Assembly: GCA_046538155.1 (NCBI GenBank)
Contig: JBKHJL010000020.1
Location: forward strand, 1-20,872
Direction: 5' to 3'
Length of the DNA: 20,872 bases
Source: Candidatus Micrarchaeia archaeon
GTDB taxonomy: Archaea; Micrarchaeota; Micrarchaeia; Anstonellales; Bilamarchaeaceae
Under the pieces are notes generated by a model. It made no database searches. It saw only the letters and a list, made by a program, of their open reading frames with translations, and was not told the DNA's origin. The position numbers were made by a program, and so were the translations under genes. Every line of letters begins with the position of its first letter. Within the stretch, counting starts at the first letter, position 1. Below are positions 7,939-16,552 of this stretch, one piece after another.

Positions 7939-8706
7939 ATGGAAGATGGTATAAGCACAGAAGGGAAACGGAGGACACTTTCGGAAAAAGAATCCGAGAA
8001 CATAGAAGAATTGCTGAAAGGCGAGCCTTTATATCATCTGGACCCGGGAGTCAGAATCTACTGGTCCATAGGGATGATTGCTGCGGGTCTGGTAGTCTGG
8101 ATAATCCTAATGGTGGTTGCTGGCTTTACCATGGATTCCCTGCTCGGCATAAGCAAAGAAATGTTTCCCCTGTTCTTCTTTACTCTGGTTATAATACTCC
8201 TGCTCCCTTATATGGTATGGATAGAGCTCAATTACCATAATTACACTTACCAGTTCAGGAAGAAAAGGATTGTCATAAGGAAGGGAGTGCTCAATAAGGA
8301 GCGCACTGTGATTCCCTATACCCAGATACAGAACATAAATATAAACCGAAATGTGCTCCAGAGGGCTCTTGGAATAGCGACCATAAAGATAGAAACCGCC
8401 GGAACAAACCCATGGGAATCTGAAGGAATTATAGACGGCATAGGAGATTACCACAGCTTTATACAGCACACTATGGAGCTGGTTGAGTTAAGCAAGCACA
8501 AGGAGGCAGAGAAAAAGGATGATGGGGAAACAGAAGAGGGGGAGAAAAAGGATGAAATATTCTACCTGAAGCAGATTCTCGTCCAGCTGTTAGAGTTAAA
8601 AAAGGTTATGGAGCTTAAAGATAAGCCCGCAGAAAAGGCTGAAAAGCCAAAGCTCAAGGAGGAAATCGGAAAGCTGATGCGGGGAAAAAAGAAAAAGAAG
8701 GGTTGA
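7939..8706 (+). CDS. Membrane protein with bacterial PH domain (bPH_2 / YdbS-like) and charged C-terminal tail
   Basis: Two hydrophobic helices, then Y.F....IVIRKGVL.....IPY.QIQNI.I.RN.LQR.LGIATIKIETAG. Start ATG 7939, since 7936 is the tRNA discriminator base. Confidence 0.85.
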   Translation: MEDGISTEGKRRTLSEKESENIEELLKGEPLYHLDPGVRIYWSIGMIAAGLVVWIILMVVAGFTMDSLLGISKEMFPLFFFTLVIILLLPYMVWIELNYHNYTYQFRKKRIVIRKGVLNKERTVIPYTQIQNININRNVLQRALGIATIKIETAGTNPWESEGIIDGIGDYHSFIQHTMELVELSKHKEAEKKDDGETEEGEKKDEIFYLKQILVQLLELKKVMELKDKPAEKAEKPKLKEEIGKLMRGKKKKKG

Positions 8707-8710
8707 TTCC

Positions 8711-8878
8711 TTGGAAAATCTCAACAAATTTGAACTCGCAAGAATAATTGGTGCAAGAGCACTCCAGCTTTCGCTTGGTGCTCCTCCTCTGGTAAAGGGC
8801 ATTGCTGAAATGAGTTTTATAGCAGTGGCCCAGGCAGAATTGGAAAAAGATGTTATCCCCCTTGTTGTAATTAAGTAA
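8711..8878 (+). CDS. rpoK: DNA-directed RNA polymerase subunit K (Rpo6)
   Basis: My translation from TTG 8711: MENLNKFELARIIGARALQLSLGAPPLVKGIAEMSFIAVAQAELEKDVIPLVVIK* (55 aa), carrying the Rpo6/Rpb6 signature FE.ARIIGARALQ.S.GAP. Absent from the ORF track. Confidence 0.96.
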   Translation: MENLNKFELARIIGARALQLSLGAPPLVKGIAEMSFIAVAQAELEKDVIPLVVIK

Positions 8879-8895
8879 CATTATCCGATTTTTAC

Positions 8896-8967
8896 GGGCT
8901 TGTAGCTCAGTAGCAGAGCGATCCGTTCGCATCGGATAGGCCGGGGGTGCGACTCCCCCCAAGTCCA
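8896..8967 (+). tRNA. tRNA-Ala(CGC)
   Basis: Acceptor GGGCTTG/CAAGTCC+A with G3:U70; anticodon arm ATCCG-TTCGCAT-CGGAT; T-arm GGGGG-TGCGACT-CCCCC. Confidence 0.92.
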
Positions 8968-9033
8968 TGCCAATTTCTATGGTCGTTTTAAGCTATAGTG
9001 AAAAATTTACTAAAAAACATGAACCGTGATAAA

Positions 9034-9489
9034 ATGAAGACAGTTCTTTTTGCCTTGCTTTTGGTTTCGCTTTCCTTTTCCATGGTTGCAGGCCAGCAGG
9101 ACACGCCTGAGCCCAGAGTCGTTTCCTGTGAGGGCCGCCGGCAGCTGGACCAGGTTTTCTATGATGTGCATTTTGTAAATGATGGCGGAGTGCCCAGCAA
9201 TTTCCGGATTGGAAACAAATATTCCAAAAACATAAATCCCGGAGAAGAAGGAATAATCACTATATCCTATCCTCTCCCGCTTGACCAGCACCACCACTCA
9301 ACAAACATAGAGTTGTGTGCGGGCGGTTACCTGTCTTACGAAAGATGTGTATCCCATACCTGTACTTATTCGAATGGGCCTCCCCCTGAACCAGATGACG
9401 ATATTTTCAGCACAGAAAAGCTGGAAGAAGTATGCCTTCCTGCTTTCATCCTGCTTGGAACATTTTTGGGATGTTTTAAGAAGCTTTAA
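9034..9489 (+). CDS. Secreted hypothetical protein with C-terminal Cys-hydrophobic-basic tail
   Basis: Signal peptide MKTVLFALLLVSLSFS; Pro/acidic linker; ends CLPAFILLGTFLGCFKKL. Confidence 0.7.
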   Translation: MKTVLFALLLVSLSFSMVAGQQDTPEPRVVSCEGRRQLDQVFYDVHFVNDGGVPSNFRIGNKYSKNINPGEEGIITISYPLPLDQHHHSTNIELCAGGYLSYERCVSHTCTYSNGPPPEPDDDIFSTEKLEEVCLPAFILLGTFLGCFKKL

Positions 9490-9522
9490 TTAGTTTTTGC
9501 AATAGTAAATAGATACTCGTTT

Positions 9523-9606
9523 GCTGGGGTCGCCTAGTCCGGTAGGGCGGCAGACTGCTAATCTGTTTTCCGCAAGGATTCGTGGGTTCAAATCCCACCC
9601 CCGGCG
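9523..9606 (+). tRNA. tRNA-Ser(GCT)
   Basis: Acceptor GCTGGGG/CCCCGGC+G; anticodon arm GCAGA-CTGCTAA-TCTGT; long variable arm TCC-GCAA-GGA; T-arm GTGGG-TTCAAAT-CCCAC; followed by a T-tract. Confidence 0.95.
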
Positions 9607-9658
9607 TTTTCATTTTTCACAAATTTTGTATAAAAATATAAAGAGAAATAAGAGAGGG

Positions 9659-10360
9659 CTAATGCCTTCTTGAAAGCGCAATTGCCCCGGCCGCCGCAAG
9701 CGCAAAAACCGGCCCTCCACAACAGGAAGATGAGCTTCCGCTTGCAGAGGAATATGCCTGCTTCATTGAGGTTTTCAGGGTAGCAAGGTCCTGTGCATCA
9801 TAATATGAGCCTCCACCCGCAACTGCAACAGCTTCCATGTCCTGCTTTACATAATCATCATAGAGCTGGAACCCTACTATATTTATTATCTCCACTCCAT
9901 TGTTCGCTGCAACCTGTGCAAGCTCCTCCGGATAGAGATAATCGCATGTTTCCTCCCCATCGGTAAGCAGCACGATTCCCGCATTCCTGCCGGTTGAGCC
10001 GACATACGATGCCCCTTCCTCAATTGATTTTGCAATGGGGGTTCCTGCATCAGGGGTTATTGCATCTATCTCCTGCTTGAGAAGCTGCTTGTCCATGGTA
10101 AAGTCCACAACAACATGTATGGGTCCTGTATTTGGGTTCCCGTCCCAATCGCAATCAGTATACACCATAAGGGCAACTTCATCTGTTGCTCCGTCCACAA
10201 GTTCCTTTGCAGCAATCTTCGCTGCTTCAATCCTGGTCATTCCGCTGTCCATAGTGTCTTCCATGCTCCCTGAAGCATCTATTATAATCAGGGTGGGCCT
10301 CGCAAAAGAAAACGACAGAAGAAGAAGCACCAGAAAAATTCCTGTTTTAATCTTTGCCAT
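9659..10360 (-). CDS. Secreted/surface von Willebrand factor A domain protein
   Basis: Signal peptide MAKIKTGIFLVLLLLSFSFA; MIDAS motif DASGSM, GTPIA and LLTDGEETC; Ser linker and hydrophobic C-terminal tail. Confidence 0.88.
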   Translation of the reverse strand: MAKIKTGIFLVLLLLSFSFARPTLIIIDASGSMEDTMDSGMTRIEAAKIAAKELVDGATDEVALMVYTDCDWDGNPNTGPIHVVVDFTMDKQLLKQEIDAITPDAGTPIAKSIEEGASYVGSTGRNAGIVLLTDGEETCDYLYPEELAQVAANNGVEIINIVGFQLYDDYVKQDMEAVAVAGGGSYYDAQDLATLKTSMKQAYSSASGSSSSCCGGPVFALAAAGAIALSRRH

Positions 10361-10420
10361 ACAACCACTTGAATAGCAAACCAGCGCTTTATTTATAAAT
10401 CTCACTTTTGAGTAATTGGT

Positions 10421-11284
10421 ATGGGCAGCCACAAGCAGATTATTGTTCTCGGGGCAATTGCAATCCTCGCCGCACTGTTGGTGGTGGGTTGCATGCAGGC
10501 AGAAAAAGAAGAGGGGGCAAGGGGCGAGCCCCCCTACCAATACAATCAGCTAAGCTACATATATGAGGAGCTGGTGCAGGAACCAGAGGATTATGAAGAA
10601 ACATACCAGTGCAGCCCCCCGGAAATGGAGAATTATTGTGACGAAAGAACCCGGTATTTTAATTTTGTATGTGTGGATGGGGAATGGGAATATGACACAG
10701 AAGAATGCCCCTACGAATGCCATGACGGGGTATGCATAAATACGGGGTGTCCCCCCTGCGATGACGGAGACCCCTGTACAACAGATCTCTGCTCAGGCGC
10801 GCCGGATTATGAGTGCCTTCACATACCCATAGCAGGATGCGGAGAAACCGGAGGCCCGGCAGGCACAAAAGCATGTGTTCCCACAGCAGGACCAGGAAGC
10901 GAGGTCAAGATAGATGTTTACTCTGCAGGAACCCCCATCAGCTACCAGGGAGAACCCTACACGTCTCAGGTCCTGAATCCCGGAGAAAAAATGCAGGTTG
11001 ATGAGGATGACAGCATAACCTTTTCCGGATTCTGGCTTGAGGGGAGCTGCCCTGCCTGCTTCAACGAGCCCATATTGAAATTCCCGCCTGAAGCAAAAAT
11101 CACCATAACAAAGGACCTCTCAGGCACAATGGCCACATCCTACAAAGGGGAGGGGGAACTGGGCTACATGTGCATAGAAGGAACCTGCAGGGAAAAGGAT
11201 ACTGCAGGATGCATAGAATATGTTTGCAACCATTCCATGAGGTTTGTGATTTCTGAAATAAATGCTGACCTCACCTGCAGCTGA
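10421..11284 (+). CDS. Cys-rich putative lipoprotein
   Basis: Hydrophobic N-terminus ending in lipobox-like LVVGC; more than 15 Cys; CDDGDPCTTDLC motif. Confidence 0.7.
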   Translation: MGSHKQIIVLGAIAILAALLVVGCMQAEKEEGARGEPPYQYNQLSYIYEELVQEPEDYEETYQCSPPEMENYCDERTRYFNFVCVDGEWEYDTEECPYECHDGVCINTGCPPCDDGDPCTTDLCSGAPDYECLHIPIAGCGETGGPAGTKACVPTAGPGSEVKIDVYSAGTPISYQGEPYTSQVLNPGEKMQVDEDDSITFSGFWLEGSCPACFNEPILKFPPEAKITITKDLSGTMATSYKGEGELGYMCIEGTCREKDTAGCIEYVCNHSMRFVISEINADLTCS

Positions 11285-11331
11285 TAGAGTTAAAAGGGGT
11301 TTCGGACAATTCAGATATGGGAGGAAATAAT

Positions 11332-11730
11332 ATGAAAGAATTGAGCATTATCACGGACAACAGGATAGGTACTCTGGCAAATGTGGCAGAAGCCCTCGGG
11401 GGTGTTGGAATAAACATAGAGGCAATTGCTGCATATGAGCAGGGGGGCAGGGCAGTTTTCCGCATACTTACAAGGGATGCGATAAGCGCGAGAAAGGCCC
11501 TGGAAAAGGCCCCCGGAGTAAAGGGAATTGTCGTTTCAGACGTATTGGTAACAAAAATGAGCAACCGGCCGGGTGAACTCGGAAAGCTTACCCGGAAAAT
11601 GGCAAACAGGGGAGTAGACCTGGAAAGCGTTTACATAGTAAGCAAGAAAGACGATTACACTGAAGTCGCGGTCAAGCCAGTGGAAGAGCATCTTCCCAAA
11701 GTAGAGAGTCTGCTGAACATCAGGCGCTGA
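11332..11730 (+). CDS. Tandem ACT-domain protein
   Basis: DNRIGTLANVAEALGGVGINIEAI and NRPGELGKLTRKMANRGVDLESVY; GGAGG RBS before ATG 11332. Confidence 0.85.
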   Translation: MKELSIITDNRIGTLANVAEALGGVGINIEAIAAYEQGGRAVFRILTRDAISARKALEKAPGVKGIVVSDVLVTKMSNRPGELGKLTRKMANRGVDLESVYIVSKKDDYTEVAVKPVEEHLPKVESLLNIRR

Positions 11731-13201
11731 ATTTTCCTTCTTTTTTATATCTTTTTATTCTGGAAGCAAGCTCCTCTTTTTTCACCCTTTCCTGTTTTCC
11801 GTCGTTTCTGAATCTTATTGTGACTGTGCCGTCTTCCAGTGTCTGATAATCAGTAGTAACACAGTAAGGTATGCCAGCTTCGTCTGCCCTTGCATATCTC
11901 TTTCCTATTGAGCCAACAGCAGAGAACTGGGTGTTTATTCCCTCCTCCCTCAAATCAGAAGCAGTTTCTTTTGCCGGTTCCCTGAGCTCCGGCTTTTTCA
12001 TCAGGGGGAAGACTGCCACTTCATAAGGGGCAACTGCAGGGGGAAAACCAAACCATTCCCAGTCCTTGTCTTCGCTTTTTTCCCGGAAAGCATGCTCAAG
12101 GAGGCAGAACAGCATCCTGTCCGTCCCCATGGATACTTCAACAACATGGGGAAGCAGCTTATCTCCCTCCTCCTGCACAAATACTCGCAGGTCCTTCCCT
12201 GAAAACTCCTGGTGGCGGGAAAGGTCATAATCGGTCCGGTAGGCATTTCCTGCAACCTCCACTACGCCATAGGAGGACTCAACTTCAAGGTCCACGTTGC
12301 TCTTGGAATAGTGCGGAGTTTCGTCTTCTTCAAGGTGCCTGAACCACATTTTTTCCGGGTTAAGCCCGGCATCTACGTAATACTCCCATTCCTTGAGAAG
12401 GAAATAGGTCATTATCTGGTTGGCTATTCCCTGGTCAACAATCTCTTCCCCTGTCATCCAGGCAGGCTCTTTTGCTCCCCTCTTAACCATCCTGAGCTTC
12501 TTTTCTTTTGCTTCATCAAAGGCCTCAAACTCTGGTTTGGAAGGATTAAAGAAATACTCCAGCTCCATCTGGGTAAATTCCCTCATCCTCACCAGCCCTT
12601 TCCTGGGTGAAATCTCATTACGGAAGCTCCTTCCTATCTGCCCTACTGCAAGGGGGAGCTTTGCCCCCTGGTTGCGGAATACCCGGGGAAAGGAGGTGAA
12701 TATGCCCTGGGCAGTTTCCGGGCGGAGAAAGGCCTTTGCATAATCTGCCCCGATTCCTGTTTCAAACATCAGGTTGGTATTATATACATCTGAAAGCTCC
12801 CCCCCGCATGATGGGCACTTGAGATTATTGTCCCGGACAAGCTTGTCTATTGATTCCAGCTTCATGTCCCACTTCACATTCAGCTCTTTTTCAACCAGGT
12901 GGTCTGCTCTCACCTTTACTCCGCATTTGTTGCAAGATACCACCGGGTCGGTGAATTCATCAACGTGGCCGCTCGCCTTCAGTACGATTTCCGGGGTAAC
13001 TACTGTGCCCTGGAGTTCAAGAAACCCTTCCTCCACTATGAATTTCCTTCTCCAGAGTTCCTCAAGGTTCCTTTTTATCTGGAATCCAATCGGGCCATAA
13101 TCATAAAAGCCTGAAACAGAGCCATAAACCTCATTTGAGGGCATGAAGATTGACCTGTTAAGTGCAAGCTCAAAAATTCTCTCGTGAAGCTCCATAAACA
13201 T
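11720..13201 (-). CDS. glyS: Glycine--tRNA ligase (alpha2, archaeal/eukaryal type)
   Basis: GFYDYGPIG, LRPETAQGIF, GRSFRNEISPR..L.RMREFTQME and SIGKRYARADEAG. Confidence 0.97.
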   Translation of the reverse strand: MFMELHERIFELALNRSIFMPSNEVYGSVSGFYDYGPIGFQIKRNLEELWRRKFIVEEGFLELQGTVVTPEIVLKASGHVDEFTDPVVSCNKCGVKVRADHLVEKELNVKWDMKLESIDKLVRDNNLKCPSCGGELSDVYNTNLMFETGIGADYAKAFLRPETAQGIFTSFPRVFRNQGAKLPLAVGQIGRSFRNEISPRKGLVRMREFTQMELEYFFNPSKPEFEAFDEAKEKKLRMVKRGAKEPAWMTGEEIVDQGIANQIMTYFLLKEWEYYVDAGLNPEKMWFRHLEEDETPHYSKSNVDLEVESSYGVVEVAGNAYRTDYDLSRHQEFSGKDLRVFVQEEGDKLLPHVVEVSMGTDRMLFCLLEHAFREKSEDKDWEWFGFPPAVAPYEVAVFPLMKKPELREPAKETASDLREEGINTQFSAVGSIGKRYARADEAGIPYCVTTDYQTLEDGTVTIRFRNDGKQERVKKEELASRIKRYKKEGKFSA

Positions 13202-13242
13202 TACCTTGAAGTAGACTTAAGCAAAAATAGTTAAAAAGAGCA

Positions 13243-14481
13243 CTAAAAATCCGTAAGGCTCTTCTGCCCTTCCACTGAATAAGCGGGCTGCTCTATTTTG
13301 CTGAAAGAAAGTTCCCCGAATACTCCATCGTACCCCGGGCGCCAGTATACTTTGCCCTCCCTTGCATTCATGATAGCCTCGGCAAGAACCCGGTCCATGG
13401 CAAGGTTCAGGGATTCCCGTGATGCTTCAAGTGTAGCAAACTCGCTCCCGAAATAATTGATTAGCTTGAAGTATTCATCCTGAACTGTCTTTGTCTGCTC
13501 ACCCCTGCCCCTCACTACTGATATTATTGTGGAAAGCGGGACCAGGCTCGTATAGGGCACAGCACCTTCAGGCACATATCCCATTTTACGGTCCGCAAGT
13601 TCAACCACCCTGTGCATAACTCCCAAAGTAAGCGGCTTCCCGCACCTCGGACACCGCCTCCCCTGCCCCATGGTTTTTTTCGGGTCAAGCCATACCCCGC
13701 ATTTCCTGTGGCCGTCCCAGTGGTATTTTCCTTCTTCAGGGTAAAACTCATAGGTTTTTGAGAAGCCCTTCCTGGTAATAATCGCATCCCTTACAGCCGG
13801 GTATGTTACTTCAGGAAGCTCAAATACGTTCGCCTCCCTTGCAATTTTCTGGGGAGAGTGGGCATCGCTGTTGGAAACAAGGGAAACTGAATCAAGCGGG
13901 GAAAGCATCCAGTTCATCTCAGGGTCGCTGCTGAGTCCTGTTTCCACTGCCTTTATGTGTGAAGCCTTTTTCCCGAAAGCCCCTTCAAGTGAATCAAACC
14001 CTCCTTTTGAGCCAAAAAGGCCAAACCACGGAGTCCATAGATGTGCCGGAATAAACATGATTTCGCTGGAAAGCGATTCGGTTGTGTCAAGAAGCTCTGC
14101 CACATCCATCATCAGGGTGGGCCTCCCGTCCTCTTTAAGGTCCCCGTATCCGGAAAGCTGGTCGTTCAGCTGCTCAACCAATTCAAAAGAGGGTGCAAGA
14201 AGCAGGGTATGTATTTTTCTTGTTTTTCCCTCTACCTCAAAAATATTGCTTACTTCTGAAGTAAGCATAAAATTTATACCCTGGTGCTGGAAAAGGCCGT
14301 CCTCTGCCGGCTTGAGGCATTTTTTAAGTTCCTTGAGCCATTTAGGGTGGGTAAAGTCTCCGGTCCCAAGCAGGCCAACGCCTTTTATGCGTGCCCACTC
14401 CGCAAGTCCCGCCAAGTCAGAGCGGGGACTGGTGGCGCGGGAGTATTTCGAATGAAGATGCAAGTCTGCTATGATGCGCAT
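13243..14481 (-). CDS. Endonuclease Q family (PHP domain + Zn finger)
   Basis: ADLHLHSKYSRATS, GTGDFTHP, PAHLWTPWFG, ETGLSSDP, SNSDAHS, GKYHWDGHRKC..CPRCG and PGYDGVFG. Confidence 0.9.
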   Translation of the reverse strand: MRIIADLHLHSKYSRATSPRSDLAGLAEWARIKGVGLLGTGDFTHPKWLKELKKCLKPAEDGLFQHQGINFMLTSEVSNIFEVEGKTRKIHTLLLAPSFELVEQLNDQLSGYGDLKEDGRPTLMMDVAELLDTTESLSSEIMFIPAHLWTPWFGLFGSKGGFDSLEGAFGKKASHIKAVETGLSSDPEMNWMLSPLDSVSLVSNSDAHSPQKIAREANVFELPEVTYPAVRDAIITRKGFSKTYEFYPEEGKYHWDGHRKCGVWLDPKKTMGQGRRCPRCGKPLTLGVMHRVVELADRKMGYVPEGAVPYTSLVPLSTIISVVRGRGEQTKTVQDEYFKLINYFGSEFATLEASRESLNLAMDRVLAEAIMNAREGKVYWRPGYDGVFGELSFSKIEQPAYSVEGQKSLTDF

Positions 14482-14533
14482 GTTATCCCTTAAGCGGGTT
14501 TTGTTTAAAAGAGGTGCCCTCTACAATCTTCCC

Positions 14534-15490
14534 ATGGCATTCAATCCTGAAACTTTCATTCCTGAAGCAGTGGAAGAGATAGAATCCAAGGTTGGAAACA
14601 GAAAAGCGGTAATTGCAGTATCCGGAGGTGTGGATTCCATGGTTGCTGCAGCCCTTGCGGCAAAGGCAGTCCCGGACCAGCTTACTGCGATATTCGTGGA
14701 CACTGGATTCATGAGAAAAAACGAAGTGGCACAGGTAAAGGAAGCTGCAAAAACTGCAGGAATCCCCCTACAGATAGTTGATGAATCAGAAAGGTTCTTC
14801 GGAAAGCTGGAGGGTGTTTCAGACCCTGAGCAGAAAAGAAAAATAATCGGTGAGCTGTTCATCCGGGTGTTTGAGAAACATGCAAAAGAGGTAGGGGCGG
14901 AAATGCTCATACAGGGAACAATCGCCCCTGACTGGATTGAAAGCGGGGGTGCAGGCAGGGACACGATAAAAAGCCACCATAATGTAGGGGGGCTCCCTGA
15001 AAAGATGGGCCTGGGGCTCTGTGAACCCCTTAGGGAGCTTTACAAGCACGAGGTAAGGATGGTCGGGAAAGAGCTGGGCCTCCCGCGCGCAGTGTTTGAA
15101 AGGCAGCCGTTTCCCGGTCCGGGGCTGGCAGTAAGGGTAGTCGGAGAGATAACCAGGGGAAAGCTTGAAATCGTAAGGGAAGCGTGCGCAATAGTTGAAG
15201 AGGAGATAGATACTGCAGTTGCAAAGGAAATGATGGAAAGGCCGTGGCAGTATTTTGCAGCTGTCCTGCCTTCAAAAACAGTGGGGGTTGCGGGGGACGA
15301 GAGGATTTACAGGCACACAGTTGTAGTAAGGGCAGTGAGAAGCCTGGACGGCATGACTGCAAATTTTTCAAAAATCCCTCCAGAAGTGCTGGGCGCAATA
15401 TCCACAAGGATTACAAACAGCATAACGGGGGCAGGAAGGGTGCTTTATGATATTACCAACAAGCCCCCCTCAACCGTGGAGATGGAATAG
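14534..15490 (+). CDS. guaAB: GMP synthase, ATP pyrophosphatase subunit B
   Basis: SGGVDS, DPEQKRKIIG, QGTIAPD.IES, IKSHHNVGGLP, PFPGPGLAVR and YDITNKPPSTVE; no glutaminase domain. Likely start ATG 14534. Confidence 0.95.
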   Translation: MAFNPETFIPEAVEEIESKVGNRKAVIAVSGGVDSMVAAALAAKAVPDQLTAIFVDTGFMRKNEVAQVKEAAKTAGIPLQIVDESERFFGKLEGVSDPEQKRKIIGELFIRVFEKHAKEVGAEMLIQGTIAPDWIESGGAGRDTIKSHHNVGGLPEKMGLGLCEPLRELYKHEVRMVGKELGLPRAVFERQPFPGPGLAVRVVGEITRGKLEIVREACAIVEEEIDTAVAKEMMERPWQYFAAVLPSKTVGVAGDERIYRHTVVVRAVRSLDGMTANFSKIPPEVLGAISTRITNSITGAGRVLYDITNKPPSTVEME

Positions 15491-15495
15491 AGGAC

Positions 15496-15762
15496 TCATG
15501 CGATTTTTTCCAGTGCTCTCCTGAAGTTCCTGAAAAGTTCCTTTTTTGGGGTATGTGCCCCGTGCTCATAAACAGGAAGCGATTCCCAGTTGTGGGTAAG
15601 CTGGATATCCCTCTGAGCATGAAAAGGATGAGGGTGGTGGGTTTCCGCAGATTCAGCAACCCTTAGAGAGCGCCCTACTGATTCCACCGCATATTCTGAA
15701 GAGGAGTAGGGGGTTTTCCTTGGAACGGATTTCAGCTTTGATTTCCTGCTTTTTGAAACCAT
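15496..15762 (-). CDS. Small basic hypothetical protein
   Basis: 88-aa ORF filling the gap between guaAB and tRNA-Gln; GTGGT RBS-like and AT-rich promoter-like sequence upstream; no family recognised. Confidence 0.55.
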   Translation of the reverse strand: MVSKSRKSKLKSVPRKTPYSSSEYAVESVGRSLRVAESAETHHPHPFHAQRDIQLTHNWESLPVYEHGAHTPKKELFRNFRRALEKIA

Positions 15763-15851
15763 AATACCACTTCAACTCTTTCATTTATATTAGGTAGGGA
15801 AGAGTTTTTAAAATCCCCACTACCTTCATTTATAGACCACAATGCTCCAAA

Positions 15852-15924
15852 TAGCCCTGCCCGGATTCGAACCGGGGTCACAGGATCCAAAGTCCCGCAT
15901 CCTTGACCACTAGACTACAGGGCT
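15852..15924 (-). tRNA. tRNA-Gln(TTG)
   Basis: Reverse complement gives acceptor AGCCCTG/CAGGGCT+A (archaeal A1-U72), anticodon loop CT-TTG-GA and T-arm CCCGG-TTCGAAT-CCGGG. Confidence 0.95.
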
Positions 15925-15991
15925 GAAAGTGTTTCTGCTCCTTAATTTAAGCGCAACATATTTTTTAAAGGATGAACTCCCATCTACTTCT

Positions 15992-16480
15992 ATGGAATCA
16001 GTGCTCAAAAAATTCAGCGAGGGGAAGCTGGAGGAAGTAAAGAAATCCGCAAAAAAGAGAATTTCAAAGAACAATGAAGATGCTGAAGGGTGGTTCCTCC
16101 TGGGGTTGGTTTCCCATGAAAAGGGAAATGAATCTTATGCGCTGGACTGCTTTGAAAGGGCAACTTATCTCAAAAGCACAGAAAAATACCACAAAGCCAA
16201 GGGTATGGCACATATGGCGCTTTTTGAATTTGATGAGGCAGCAGAAGAGATGAAAGAGGCCCTTGAGTTCAAAAACGATGCAGAGTCCCATTTTATGCTG
16301 GCAATGGCCCTGATGTTCCTTGATGATGCTGATGCTGGAAAACACCTTGAGGAATCCCACCGCCTCAAACCCAAAAAAACCAGGAAAATGCTAAGGCATT
16401 TTTATGAAACTTTCTTCAAGGAAGACCCGGATATCCCGGAAAGGGAAAAAAAGATGCTCAGGGAAAAATTTGGGCTTTAG
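15992..16480 (+). CDS. Tetratricopeptide repeat protein
   Basis: TPR-like units AEGWFLLGLV...ALDCFERA, YHKAKGMAH...AAEEMKEAL and AESHFMLAMAL; likely start ATG 15992. Confidence 0.8.
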   Translation: MESVLKKFSEGKLEEVKKSAKKRISKNNEDAEGWFLLGLVSHEKGNESYALDCFERATYLKSTEKYHKAKGMAHMALFEFDEAAEEMKEALEFKNDAESHFMLAMALMFLDDADAGKHLEESHRLKPKKTRKMLRHFYETFFKEDPDIPEREKKMLREKFGL

Positions 16481-16552
16481 TGCATAAATTATAACAAAAA
16501 CATCCTCAATTAAGTATTTTTCCCCACATATATTATAGTGGAGGTGGTGCCC

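Noticed and set aside
8654..8968. 104-aa minus-strand ORF, or a possible ncRNA in the 8707-8895 gap
   Set aside because: The region is explained by rpoK and tRNA-Ala on the + strand.
8968..9522. tRNA-anchored integrated element between tRNA-Ala and tRNA-Ser
   Set aside because: I saw no duplicated tRNA 3' end (att site) and no integrase.
10361..10540. Cys/His-rich N-terminal extension of the vWA ORF in the track
   Set aside because: It overlaps the divergent lipoprotein gene; the signal peptide begins at ATG 10360.
14534..15490. GMP synthase lacking its glutaminase domain as a pseudogene
   Set aside because: Split GuaAA/GuaAB subunits are normal in archaea.
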